A DNA stretch of 63,821 nucleotides, filler included, from Reticulomyxa filosa (lineage: Eukaryota > Protista > Foraminifera): the NCBI GenBank assembly GCA_000512085.1. It is 12 parts of 12 records of this genome, joined end to end, with 100 filler letters (N's around TTAATTAATTAA, not from the genome) between each part and the next. Parts side by side here need not be neighbours in the genome. Positions count along the whole stretch, not along the records: positions 1 to 5,212 come from ASPP01023154.1; positions 5,313 to 8,703 come from ASPP01004071.1; positions 8,804 to 12,852 come from ASPP01007520.1; 9 more parts are not named here. One strand, 5' to 3'. Position 1 is the stretch's first letter. Each line of letters opens with the position of its first letter. Positions 1-12,952 of the stretch are shown here, one piece after another. The notes under the pieces were generated by a model that had not been told where the DNA came from, ran no database searches, and saw only the letters and a list, made by a program, of their open reading frames with translations. The position numbers and the translations under genes were made by a program.

Positions 1-1487
1 AAAAAAAAAGTAACTTTTATCATATTTCTTTTCTTTGAAACATTGGCAATTTCTTTGGTCAATACTGGAGTGTTGTTGTCACTGTCTTTGGCAGTTAACA
101 ATTTCTTTGTGACTATCTCATTGTTGGCGAGAGCTCTTTCACTTTCAAATGGCGATGGTGGTAGAGGAAGGGCTTTGAATTGCCAAATATACCCATATTG
201 CAAATACAGTATTTGATAACGAGTACTTGCCTTTGCCACATCTGGGATGTTGCAGACCTTCCAAGGAGACTTTCGAATGTGACGTTGCATCGCCCAATCC
301 ATCTGGCGAAACCTCAAAATGGCATAGCTCGAGTCATATCTGTACATAGAAGCTATATCCTGGATTGTTGGCAACTCCAAGTTTTTAATGACGTGATAAC
401 CGAGGGTTGGTAGACTGAGTCTGTGTATCAAGAATAAAACGCTAGCAATTCTTTGGCAAGTAACACAAAGTTTTAAAACTCTTCCGACGCACTTTGTGCA
501 AAAGGGGATTGACCCGCTGAATGATTCATGTAATGGGATTTCAAAATGCAATGGCAGGAGTTGCATTACTTGGAGTTCATTCAAACGCGACTTTGATCCA
601 AATTGTTCCAAATCAGTCCAAAGCAGCACTTTGAAACTCCAAACGACTGAAGAAAAAGGGTGATTTTTTTGAGTTCCAAAAACTCAGTTACGTGCTGTTT
701 GAGTTGAGCAGGGTCCCACCAACCGTATTGTGTTTGCGAGTGACCACCACTGCTGTGGTCCTCCTCATCCTTGCCAACATCAAAATCCGCATAGATATAT
801 TTGGTCATCAATGGAAATCTCCCCTATGCTTTTCAATACACTTCCTGAGCCATCCAAACCCAGATTGGCTGAACCACGACGGCTGCGGGAACGTCGTCAT
901 CTCATTCTCCTCCATCACGTGTCTGCACTCCCTCGCCACACTGTTTCTCACGTTCCAATACGACAATGGTTTCGGAGGATTTGACAACAGATCAGTGATA
1001 TTTTTCCAACTTTTATTATATCTTTTTTTTTTTTTATAAAAAAGGAGTCAAGTTCATTCATTAAAAAAATATATATATATGTACATATATGTATAATAAA
1101 CTTTAAAATAGCAAAAACAATATCGAATCTGTTTCTACGAATGAGTTCAGCAAGATTGAGTGGACTGTTGAAAGCGTCGTTTCTTTGACAGAGAATGAGA
1201 TGAAGCCGCGAGTGTGTTTGATATTTGTGGGCTTGGAGGGCAAATGAGGGCGAGTAGTCGCCTGGCCTTTCGCATAGACACATGGAAGGGACGATCACGT
1301 TGAGCGACTTCCACAAGGTTATATCATTGAACACCGTGTCGGCCTTTGTCGGACTGTCGCCGCAGCTGTTTCCCAACACAACACTCTCAGTGAACTGCTT
1401 CGTGCAGTTTTCCAAGCTTCATCCAAGCCCAAATCGATTTTGAGGCACTCATTTTGAAACTTGATTCATTGTTGTCTTTTGTGCCAT
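1..1487 (-). pseudogene. Disrupted coding region of unknown function (frameshifted gene or pseudogene), running off the window edge
   Basis: Protein-like minus-strand frames hand over to each other: 948-1415 ORF, then an AT-rich intron ~1010-1118, then WKNITDLLSNPPKP...EKHRG, then MTKYIYADFDV...ELKK, then an open frame from ~670 to position 1. Hand-overs lie near a G4 run (~821-824) and an A7 run (~664-670). Confidence 0.45.
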
Positions 1488-1797
1488 TAAGGATTAAAAA
1501 AGGGCTCACCGTAATAAACAAACCAAAAATATAACAACTTGCAACAAATAACATTAGTTTTTATCTTACACTTCACTTGTTGTAATGTAAAACATGTTAT
1601 GAGAACGGAGAACCTTCGTCGCTTTTCGAAACTACTTTACTTGCTCACTTTTTAAAAAAATATGTATTTAGTGTATCAGCAAAGTTCTTATGGATTATTT
1701 TTATAAAACTCTTCTTCCACTTTAAAAAATATGATAAATTTATAAATGTTACTTTTTTTTACTTTAGAAACCGGGTTCCTTTAAAAAAAAAGTTGAA

Positions 1798-2900
1798 ATG
1801 AGTGATATGCTTGTATTTTGCGAAGAATTGGAAACGAAGCAAAGTTTTTCGTTGTTTCGGCTAACTCTCTCAGAAGACGAGAAAGCAGTATTACATGACT
1901 TGCATGCTAGTTTTCACTCGCTCAAAGACTTGCTTGTGTCGCAATGGAGACAGTGGAAATCGGAAAACCCATACATGCCAAAAAAGAGCTTGCATGAGTT
2001 TAAATGATGAGACCCAAATCAAAGATAGGACTTCATATGAAGAGTATTTTGATTTGATCATGCGACTCCAAGAAAGTATTTGGAAGCAAGACTCGAAGCC
2101 CTTCTTTGTTGACATGGTGATACAAATAAAGAGAACGTGCCACTAATCTCATGCCATTTATCACTCCACAAACACGTGCCAACACTTTGAAGAATCTCTC
2201 CTTGATCTGAACTACCAGATTCAAAGCAACGACATTCCCAGCGGAATGACCTGTTTAGTTTTCACTCACTGAAGAGATATTTTTTGTTTTTTGATTGGGT
2301 GACATGGATGTGTGATGTCAAAAATGAGGTTACATCTCAAAAAAAAAAAATTTTGTTATTAACTTTAATAATTTTTGTATGTGATATCAGATAGCAGATC
2401 AGTGGTGGATAGCATGTGTTGGAGTAAAGACCTGACACACTTCAAAGCAATAATGACGACGATGATGACGGAATCCAGAGACGATCCGTGTCTGTCCTCC
2501 GTTGTCTGTGTGATCTGGAACACAATTTGAATATTTGGTCGTGACTTTGCATGTTGTATTCGAACGGCAAGGTGGAGTGGATCAAGAACAATACCTTCTC
2601 TTTGTTCCCGTTTTCGAAAGAGGAAAGGCAATGCGATTTCGACAAGAAGGATGATTGATAACAAATTTATGACATATCTATTTTATCAATTCCGATCATG
2701 CAGAGACAGTTTATCAATTGCGTGATATCACCATCGATTCAGACCTGTCGTGGAAGTCAAGAATTTGTGGAGAATGTTGCCATATCAAACCTTTGTCTTT
2801 GCTCCATTTTGTAAACACATCTTCTTTGGCATCCAAACTAGGCGTTGTGTGGTTGTGGAATGCATTCAAACGAGCTGCTGCGTGAATTGAAAAGCGACTT
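1798..2900 (+). pseudogene. Frameshifted/degenerate coding region, unknown product
   Basis: MSDMLVFCEEL...HEFK* (1798-2007) continues in the +1 frame as LNDETQIKDRTSYEEYFDLIMRLQESIWK. Further coding-like but stop-interrupted frames extend to ~2900. Confidence 0.35.
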
Positions 2901-5212
2901 ATAAAGGCTTTTTTTCACCATTTTGTTAGTTTGTGCTCATTTTGGAAGAAATAGCCTTAATCTTTGATGGCATCGTCAAAGCCAAACGTCGCTGGGTCTC
3001 TTGGCTTGTTTCTTCTTGTGGTAGTGCACGTCTCAATGGGGAAAAGGGAGGACATTGAACTTTTATTTGCTTAAAAAAAATATATTGACAAATGGCTCTT
3101 TTTTTTGTTGTTTTATGGGAAAAGAGATATAATTGATGACGAAGCTGTAAAAAAAAAAGTATGTAGTGTTTTTTTTTAACTTTTTTATTTATTTACTTGC
3201 TGTTTATTCATCAGTTACTTGATGAATTTCAAATCAGATTTTTCTGGGCAAAAAAGACAAAACAGTACAAATTTGATGAAAATGAAAGAACTGTCACTTT
3301 GTATGTTTGAAAATGGCAAAATTAAAAATGTACAAAAACACAATCAGAAATCCATATGCAGTGCAGTCAAAAGTACTAATTTATATTCCCTTTCAAAAAA
3401 ACAAATCACTAAATGCCTCCATGTTATTAACAGCACAAATCTTTGTATAAAAACTATAATTCATCACTTTAGCCTTTGCTCAAAAATTTAACACACAATT
3501 TAATCAAGGTGCAAGGAAAAGTACATAAATAATCAATATTTTGTTTTGATAGACCGATATTTATAAAATGAACAATACAAATAATGAAGAAGTATTACGT
3601 TCATGCCAATTGGATGGCAGCCAACATCTTGGGAGGTTAGCTATTTGATTTTTTTTTTAATCCTGACTAAATTATGCAGTATAAGCGTTAAGAAAGAAAT
3701 TGAAGATCATGAACACTTTTTATTTCCTGTGTTTGAATAGACAAGTGAAAGTTCGCAGAAACAAAGGAAAAATAATCACAAAACGGTCATTAAACAATGA
3801 AAATTACAACACTACGAACAATACTAAAGAAGTAAAAGCAATACAACGTGAAATAAGTTTCACCGGAAAATAGTGAAGCTGAACCTCCAACAAAAAAGAA
3901 AAAAATTAATTTATAATCCATTAGCAATCACGTTTTTTTGCAATTGAGTGATTTAATCAATTTAATTCTAACGTTTGTTGATTTGTTTCAATCTGGCCCA
4001 CAAACGGCTAGAACTCCATTTTTTCTTTTTACCACTGGTGTCACTATAGCTCCATCATTCACTGCCACTCTGACATGTAATTACATGCCCGAATCCGATT
4101 TGCATGCCAATGTTTTGATTTTTACTTTTAATCAGAGTTTTCACAAAAAAGAATATATTACACATTATTTGAAGGTCCTTACTATTTGCCATCCATCGGA
4201 GCACAGTTGCTCCACAGAGACCACTTACTCCATGTTGCGATGTATAATGTTGGCGATGTTGTCGGATCTTTAGTCGGCCTGCGAGTTGGCTTCCTGGAAG
4301 ATCGTATAGCTTTGATTGCTGTTGATCGATGTGATGGTACCAAAGTCTGTCTTGATTTAGTTATACATTAATTGCTAGCACTAAACATAAATATTCCTGG
4401 TGTTAATCGACATGTGTAGTGATTACTGTGAATGTATTGCAAAGGTAACAGTGAACACAAAGTTCCACCATTCAACGCCTTTGAAGTATTGTGATCAAGA
4501 CTCATGGTGCAAACGTTGGGGGTTTTGAGTGGGAAGTGCAAATAGAGTCAAATTACTAATCGAATGTAGTGTATGGATAGAAACACAATAAAACATAGTG
4601 GTCATTATAATACAGCTTTACTACGTGTTGGATTGGATGCGCTGGAAATCCTATCTCATCACGTGTTGGAGCTTCAAAGTTGATTATGTGTCGATGATCC
4701 AGTTTGGTTGTGAGTTGGCGATTCAACTTGATCACGTGTTGATGATCTCTTTGTGTCCACTGTCGATTGAGAAGTCTGTACTCATGGGACTTCACGTATT
4801 TCAATTGTCAATCACAAAAACAACTTTTCGGCCACGTGTGGCTACAATCATCAATCATTAATTCAATGACTCCCATTGCAATCGCCACGTCGATATTTGC
4901 GAGCGCAAAGACCATTGCGGAAATGTCATACTCCATAAGTTTCGTCAGCAGTTAGATTTAAAGAAGGACTCATCGTCAGTGTGAGTATCAACGTTTGGCT
5001 TGGTTATTTCGATTGCAACAACGAAGGGAATTCTGTTGTTGATTTGGATGGCAACAGCCAATGTTCGTTCGTATGTGGCGACACTGTCGACGATCACAAG
5101 TTGTTTTTTTTTTTTGAAAAGTCTCGACTGGGCCAAATGGAATCAAGACTTGTTCTAGTGCATAACTTGAACATAAGCCAAATCTCGTGGAAACCACATG
5201 ACGAATTGAAAA

Positions 5213-5312
5213 NNNNNNNNNNNNNNNNNNNNNNNNNNNNNNNNNNNNNNNNNNNNTTAATTAATTAANNNNNNNNNNNNNNNNNNNNNNNNNNNNNNNN
5301 NNNNNNNNNNNN
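5213..5312. other. Artificial contig linker (44N-TTAATTAATTAA-44N). Identical linkers at 8704-8803, 12853-12952, 16564-16663, 30198-30297, 36440-36539, 49622-49721, 54198-54297, 56709-56808, 60957-61056, 62228-62327
   Basis: The same 100-bp structure occurs 11 times, and its core encodes stops in all six frames. Confidence 0.98.
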
Positions 5313-6171
5313 GCAATCGTGTTTTTCTCGTAGTCATGAAATTTGACAATCTTTTTGTAAACAATTTTTGATATTTTCCTTTTTTTTTTGTTTTATATTG
5401 ATTTTTGTCATTTTGATTATTTTGTTGCTGAAATATTGATTGAACATTCCATAACAAGAATAGCAAAATTTGGTGGAAGTATTTTAGTCTGGTCTGTTTT
5501 GGAGCATTATGAATAGGTTACGCTTGAAAGGTGGAGTAAATACTGCTAATATAAAGAAATTTTATCTGACGAAATGCTAAAGAACGTCAATTGCTTAGAA
5601 AATAAAGAGTAGTGGATTTTCCGGCAAGATAATGCTACATGCCATAAATCGGAAAAAATTATGAAATAGTTAAACAAAAAAAATAAAAACAATGAATTTT
5701 CCTCCAAACTCACATGATTTAAATCTAATTGAAAATCTTTGGTGGACAGTAAAGACAAGGATTCACAAAAAAGGACCATTTAATGCCACAGAAGAACTTT
5801 AAAACCAATTCGAAACAGAATGTGAAAAAATAGAAACACATTTTTGAAATCCTAATAAAGTCGATACTAAAGAGAATACAGTCAGTTAAAAAAGCCAAAG
5901 GAGATATAACACGTTGGTAAACTTGAATTAAATTTTAAAAAATAAATCTTATCATACTCAGGCACCACAAAAAATCTTTTTAAAGTAAATGAAAAATTAA
6001 AATTTTTGAAAAAATTGAAAAGACTTAATAAAAAACCAAAATGATATTTAAAAACTACACTATTCGTAGATATTTTTAAAAAATTTTTGATTAAATGTTG
6101 TTTTTTCATGTAGAAACACAATCATCTCTATAAGGTGGCATTTTAGGTGTCAACTTTCTTTTATCCTACTG
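5313..6171 (+). mobile_element. Degenerate Tc1/mariner (DD34E) DNA transposon, 3' part with transposase remnant and terminal inverted repeat
   Basis: Translation gives KFGGSILVWS, WIFRQDNATCHKS (D at 5628) and FPPNSHDLNLIENLW (E at 5731), which are Tc1 DDE motifs, broken by a stop and frameshifts. The element ends ...TACTG followed by TA. Confidence 0.88.
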
Positions 6172-8804
6172 TAATACAAATCAACAATTACATCAATAAA
6201 AGGACAAAATGAAAATTAAAAATAACAAAGAATAAAATATCCAAAATTAGTTATAAAAATTTACAAAAAAACATATTTTAATTTGAACAAAAAAAAATAG
6301 TTTTTCGCTGAAAAAACTAAAATAATGTAAAAAAAAGATCAAGTTAAAAAAGGTAATAATATAAAATTGATAAATGAAAAAGAATAAAAAAAGGCTTAAT
6401 AATATTTTGGTTGACATATATTAAATACATATTGTGAACGCACAAATATTTCAATTCCACAATGTCAAAAAAGTACTAAATGAACCAAACTGCAAGTCAA
6501 TATCACTATAATTAGTCAAATAACACGAATCATGAATATCGACTATACTTTAATAAATTGCCAATAACACAATACAACAGATATCCACATTATTCGCTAC
6601 ATAAACGATTTTCGAGTTTTTAGAAAATATAATAAGTAAAAAAAAGGGGACAAAATAGTTCGTCGACAGCACTCCAGAACATTAAGCTTTTTATTTGACA
6701 CACGAAGTTTGTTTCGTTAGAATTGTGAAATTTACAACAATTTTTTTGTATTATAAGTTTTCCACTGAAATTTAACAAAAAAACACTGTCTCAAAACGTT
6801 TATCTAAGTTTGGTAACAGAAAATTTTATTATAAATAATATAATTTCTCCATGTCTATCGAGTGACAACAAGATTTAAACTTTCACAAAAAAACAAAAGC
6901 AATATCTGACACAACTTGATTTTTTGTAGGCACAAAAAGTCAAAAATAAAAATTCAATCAACATTATACTTCCCTTTGTTGTGACAATTCATGCGAGTAT
7001 GATTGTATGAGAAAAATTTTAAGTAGCGCTTTTTAGTTATTCCTTTGTTGATATTGCTCGAGTTTGCCGGTTGTTTTGAGTAAGTTTTGCACACACTGTT
7101 TTTTTAATGATGACAACCATTGAGAAAGGTATCTGACAGTTGAATGAAGCGAATTTGAGACCAAAATGAACACAGTGCGAAAGTGCTTATGATAAAATCG
7201 TTTGCGCTTGTGTGTTTGGAGTTTGGCTCAAATTTGGAAAAAGCCAAAAGTCTGATCATGAAAAAGATACATTTTTGCCGAAAGAATTTAAAAAACAAGA
7301 GACAGAAGTGATGATGTTTGTGGTGAACAGATAATTGCAAAGTGACGGCTCAACCATCAAAAGCGAATGAATAGATGCATATTGTCTTTGTTTTGTTTGT
7401 ATAATTTTTTCGGAAATAGTGCAGTTTAAATTACGTTCAGTGCTATTTAAAATGGCAGACTTGAACTAAAAAAAATCAATGTCTCTTTCAGCAGCTTGAG
7501 AGGGAAAATCAGTTTTTCATGTTGTTCATTAGCTTTCAAAAGCGTGCCAATACTTTTCAAAAAGTTACAACGGTTTTCTTTGGAATAATCCCTATGGAAT
7601 GAAAAAAAAAGACATAAGCAAGAGCAACAGTAAAGCCTAAAATTGCATAGCGCGAAAAAAGGGACTCTTATTTATTATTGATATTATTATTTTGTATTTG
7701 TGGAATATATTGAGAAAGGATAAATGCGTCGAATTGTTCCTTCCAAATTGATAGGACCATATACATCTCGTAGTCTTTCCCTCGTGGGAACGGGCTGTAG
7801 TCGGTCCCGATCAATATTGTATTATGGAAATATTCGGCAATATTGGGGCAACCCGTGGCCAAAGAACGCGTCTATATACCAAAAAAAATATTGCAGTTTT
7901 AGTTATTCTACAAAAACGGATGTTGTCGAAGAAACAGCCACGCAATCTGATAGCAAAACACAACCCACTAACTCTGTCAATAGTCCCACCAACTCACAAA
8001 AGTTGGAAAAGTCCAATACACAGCAAGGAAAAGTTTTGTGCTTTTTCGTGCACTTTATCAATCCAACAACAAAAAATTTCTCCCCCCTTTTTTTTTGTCT
8101 TATCGGATATTTCCAGAAATTTTGTGGCCATCAAAAAAAAAAAAAACAACTTTTTTTGTTTTCGTGAAAGTAATAAAATTACTAAAATTTAAAAAAAAGG
8201 CCAAAATTGTTTTTTTGAGACAAGAAGAAAGTGGAGAGAAAAAAAAATAACACCACATACATGCTTATGACGACTTTGAAGAATATTTAACGTCCTGCCC
8301 ATTTAACAAAAACAACACCTGAGGAGAGAGAGAGAGAGAAAGAGAATCAACAATCAATCACAAATTGAAAAAAATAAACAAAATAGAATCAAAAAAGCCA
8401 AACAAAGTCAGTATCTAGCACCACAAAGCGTGTGCGTAAACGTAATCCAGATGGTAGCGTTGAAGAATTTATCTCCAATAAACACGAAACCAAACGAACC
8501 ATAAGTTTATATACATGTTTTATGTGCTTACTTTGTTTCGAGTGTTTCAAGTTGTTGTTTTTTTTTTTTTTTTTTTTTTTTTTTTGAGAACATTTGCTCA
8601 GGGCTACACACACACAGAAACCAAACAAATTCATAAAAACTAGCACGCGATGGGAGAGAAATTGAAACGGTTTCGTGCGAAGAGTCCACACAACACAAAG
8701 ACGNNNNNNNNNNNNNNNNNNNNNNNNNNNNNNNNNNNNNNNNNNNNTTAATTAATTAANNNNNNNNNNNNNNNNNNNNNNNNNNNNNNNNNNNNNNNNN
8801 NNNC

Positions 8805-9200
8805 CTACTGGATGTGTATACGTATAATAACAAAAAAAAAAAAAAAAAAAAAAAATCCTAGGTTGGACCTCAGTCTCTCAATTTCCAATGCGGTGTTGTG
8901 AATCAATTGCAATTTGGATACCCCAAGACGTTGGATCTCATTGCGCATATGAAATATACAACGAAATAACCCATACTTCTTATAAATAGTGTTCAGTTCT
9001 TCTTCTAAACGCATTCGTCGGTTTTTTTCCTCGTGATAGATTATTTGCATTCGCTGGTAGTCGGCATGCAATTGCTCATATTCTTCCAATGGCACCCATT
9101 TTCTTCTTTCATTTGCGTTGTTCACGTTGCTGTTTCCTGTGGAAGGCTTTGAAGAAGAAGTGTCTGAGGACCAGTAGCTTTGAAGGTATTGCATAGGCAC
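8805..9200 (-). CDS. Coiled-coil protein, partial (cut by linker)
   Basis: ORF with a heptad-rich E/R/Q/L segment (EEYEQLHADYQRMQIIYHEEKNRRMRLEEEL) that runs into a poly-T intron. Confidence 0.5.
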   Translation of the reverse strand: MPMQYLQSYWSSDTSSSKPSTGNSNVNNANERRKWVPLEEYEQLHADYQRMQIIYHEEKNRRMRLEEELNTIYKKYGLFRCIFHMRNEIQRLGVSKLQLIHNTALEIERLRSNLGFFFFFFFFVIIRIHIQ

Positions 9201-10665
9201 ATAAAAGGGATGTTATTCAATGACCCCAAGTTAAAAATTTGCCACTATTCTAAAACACTTGGGGAGGTTATTGCAAAAAAAAATAAGCAAAGAGTGCTCC
9301 TTTTAGCTGTGTTAACGACGGTTATATTGAATGTCAAAAATTCACTCTCTTTACAAACCAAAAAGTAGAGGTTTTTATTTGTTTTTGTTACATTACAGAC
9401 TTCAGAGAGATTTTATCTCTAGGTTTTTAGAACGTGATTTTATGCACTTCAATTGCGTACATAAAACAACAAAAGATAAACATTTGCGAAACATTTCAAG
9501 GGTTTGAGCACATATATGAAAAATTTTTTGAGATAATTAAGCGTTTTTCATAAGACGTTTTTGAACCTTACTACCTTACAGTAGTTTCAAAAGTTCGAAG
9601 GACATTTTATCCCCTTAAGAAACAATATTCAAACTAAGCATCTTCGGCAACGACAATAAAATACAACAAAACAGAAAATCTTATTGTCATTATTTGTTTT
9701 CAAACAATGGTTTTGAATATGTTCTAGTAATTACGTTGACAACTGTTACCTAAAGCTTTTTAGAAAATAGATCTTGCGAAGGAATGCAGGAAGCAAATAC
9801 AAATGAAAATATCTATTCAAAGAAATTGAAAAAGGATTAGTTTGGCAGTGTATGAAAACAATTAAATCTACAATCATAATGGATTAGCAAGAATGTCCAA
9901 AAACAAACAAAATGTAGCAAGTAAGTTACTTTTAAGCCATCAGTGTGCGCACATCATTTTGCAAGAGATAAATCAGATTGAATATGCAGAAGAAAGAAAT
10001 TTGAGAATATAAGACATTTTTTTAATCCTAACTTAATACTTTTTCACGTCAATAATTTGCAAATTTTTTTGATTTATTTTCAGTTACTTTTTCGAATTGC
10101 ATTCAATCTATCAAAACGTGTTGAACATTTTATTCCTTTTTCACTTCCACCTGGTTAAAACAAAGCAAAAAAAGAAAGGCAATAGAAAAAGTCTCAAAAA
10201 ATTTAATATTTATCTAATGCGATTTATAGTGTATTTTTTTGTGATCAGTGATTCTCAACGTAACTTGGTGTGTAATAAAAACTTAATTTTAGCACTGGCT
10301 CGAATTCTTGTTCAAACAAATTGGACAACAAAAAATTTATTGTTCGATGTAAAAAGATATTTAAATTTTTTTTACTGGCAATATACAAAAAATAGACAAA
10401 ATATCAGATTTTGCTTTTCTGCATTTTTGACAAAATCCAAGCAATGGTTGCAAATAAGTCTAAAAGAAAACATAGAGGTTATGGAAAATATATGCAATCA
10501 GAAATATAATAATATACCACTCTTTTAGATAGCACTGCACATCCGATATTTTTAACTTGCGCAGTTACAAGGGGAAGAATACGTTCAGTTCTGAAGTCGT
10601 CTTAGTTCATAATTACCCATAAATCCTTTGTTTTTCTTACAATTCGTGAAATCCTTCTGAGCAAA

Positions 10666-11896
10666 ATGGGAGGGTGTGTGCCGGTGGCATCACCACTCGA
10701 GCTCTCTGAAACAAATGAACTTAATATGTTTCCAACACGTTCAGTTACAATAAATGCAACCCAATCCACAAATTTTAAAATTGCAAAAATGAAATTTTTT
10801 TTAAAACAAAACAAAAAAAAAAAAAAAAAAAACAAGGGCGAAGAAACTGTAAACTTTGTATTAGGGAACTGGGTTCGAACAGCATCAATTCGAATAGGAT
10901 GGATTGACGATTTCAACAAAATTGTTGCCAGATATGTTGAGTATATTTGTTTTGTTAATAATAGCTATTGTTGCATACGGCCATAATTTTTAATATGTCA
11001 AAATTCAAACAGATCAAACAATACAATCAATTAAAAGACTTTCAAGGGCATTCTAAAATAGTGACATGTGCACAATTTTCACCAGATGGCACAAGAATTA
11101 TTACAGCTTCATACGATCAAATAGTTCGAATATGGGATGTAGAATCAGGACAAGTAATTCAAATATTGAAAGGCCATTCACATTGGGTCTTGGATGCGCA
11201 ATTCTCACCAGATGAAAATATGATTGTGTCATGTTCAAGAGATAGGACAATTCGATTGTGGGATATGAAATCAGGACAGGAAATAAGAGTATTAGAAGGG
11301 CATTCGTGGAATGTGACAAGAGTTCGATTTTCTCCAGATGCACAGATGATTGTGTCATGTTCATTAGATAAAACAGTTCGACTTTGGGATGTAAATTCTG
11401 GACATGAGATTAAAAGAATGGAAGAGCATTCAAATATGGTTAATGATGTGCAATTCTCACCAGATGGCGAAATGATTGTGTCATCAGCCGATGACAATAA
11501 AATTTTAATATGGAATGTGAAATCGGGTGAAATGATTCGCGAGTTGGTAGGACACTTAGATTGTGTGCAGAGAGCACAATTTTCTCCAGATGGTCAATCT
11601 ATTTTATCTTGTTCAAATGATAATACAATTCGAATATGGGATGTTACTTCTGGAAAGAAGTGAAAAAATTGGAAGGACATTCCAATGTGGTAAGTGATGT
11701 CAAATTTTCATCAGACGGTCAGGCTGTTGTGTCATGTTCACTTGATGGCACAATCCAATTATGGGATACAAAAACGGGACAGAGTATACAGCAATTAGAG
11801 TATAATTCTGTGTCAGGTGTAGATATTTCTTCAAATGGTGACAAAATCGTAGCTTTTTCGTACGGTCCGACCATTCGACTTTGGGGATGTAATTAA
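10666..11896 (+). CDS. WD40-repeat protein with lineage-specific N-terminal motif and one frameshift at ~11655
   Basis: About 7 GH...FSPDG...SCS.D.T(I/V)RLWD repeats and an exon EETVNFVLGNWVRTASIRIGWIDDFNKIVARY. The last repeats continue in another frame (KEVKKLEGH) after GGAAAGAAGTGA. Confidence 0.85.
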
Positions 11897-12284
11897 TCCT
11901 AGTAACTTTGCAAAACATCTAGTAAATGCAAATAAAACGATTACATTTTTTGTGTAAAAACATTAAATAATTTGGTGTTGTTACTTTTAATCATTTTCAA
12001 TAACTCATTAAGCGCCATACGTAATAAGGATAGTTTTATATCCTTTTAATTTTTAAGGATTAACTTAATGCAGTATATTTGCGGCATTGAACAAAATAAA
12101 AGCAATCTAAAATATCTTTTTTAAGAGAAAGGAAAACAAAACAAAGAAAATATCAAAAGAAGGGCTTTTGGTTCGTGTTTTGTGTACTTTGGGCGTTAAA
12201 TTGTATACACGCCAGTTGTAGTTGTTAAGTCCGTTTGTGGACACTAGCGAGTCTGTATAAAAAAAACGGGTCATATCAGTTGGG

Positions 12285-12800
12285 ATGACCTTGACCAAGC
12301 GTATGATAACGTCAATATTGTTGACAGTTTGGTCATGGTGCTTCTGCATGCCTTTGATGATCTTATGGCTGTATCGATATTGGAGCATTTCGCTTCATCC
12401 GGTGATAGCCAAACGATATACGACGCTGGTAATTCTATTGAACCTAGTATCGATGGTGTTCGTCGGCATTGAGCGAGTATGTTATATATGGATAACAGTA
12501 AGTGGCATAGTGTCAGAGGGAACGCAGTTGTACCGAACGTTGTTGTCGTCATCCACGTGTTTGTACTCTGTGTGCCTCCACGGCATGTTATATTTATACC
12601 TACTGAGAACGTGGTGCATTGTGTATGATATTGGTTGGTGTGTCGGGAGCCAACGACAACTCTGGCGAATGCATTTGGACCCAATCAATCAGCAAAAAGG
12701 TAACTGGTACATTCGAAACAAGTCGACCTTTGGCAATGTGCGATGGATGGCGAGATTACTTTTTGCAGTTTTTTTATTCTCCATGACCATGTCACAGTTT
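12285..12800 (+). CDS. Multi-pass membrane protein, N-terminal part (cut by linker)
   Basis: At least 4 hydrophobic segments; the frame runs into a T-rich intron and the linker. Confidence 0.55.
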
Positions 12801-12952
12801 CAAATAATTTTTTTTTTTTTTTGCACCTCCCTTTTTTTTTTTTTTTTTTTTTNNNNNNNNNNNNNNNNNNNNNNNNNNNNNNNNNNNNNNNNNNNNTTAA
12901 TTAATTAANNNNNNNNNNNNNNNNNNNNNNNNNNNNNNNNNNNNNNNNNNNN

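Noticed and set aside
825-842. Apparent 18-nt GT...AG micro-intron (GTGTATTGAAAAGCATAG, minus strand)
   Set aside because: An alternative frame reads through with a single G-run indel, other introns in the window are much longer, and there is no independent support.
692-1039. Numerous antisense/overlapping ORFs in the track (e.g. 692-1039, 11159-11497, 37526-37927, 60235-60558)
   Set aside because: Shadow ORFs opposite real coding exons, with no motifs of their own.
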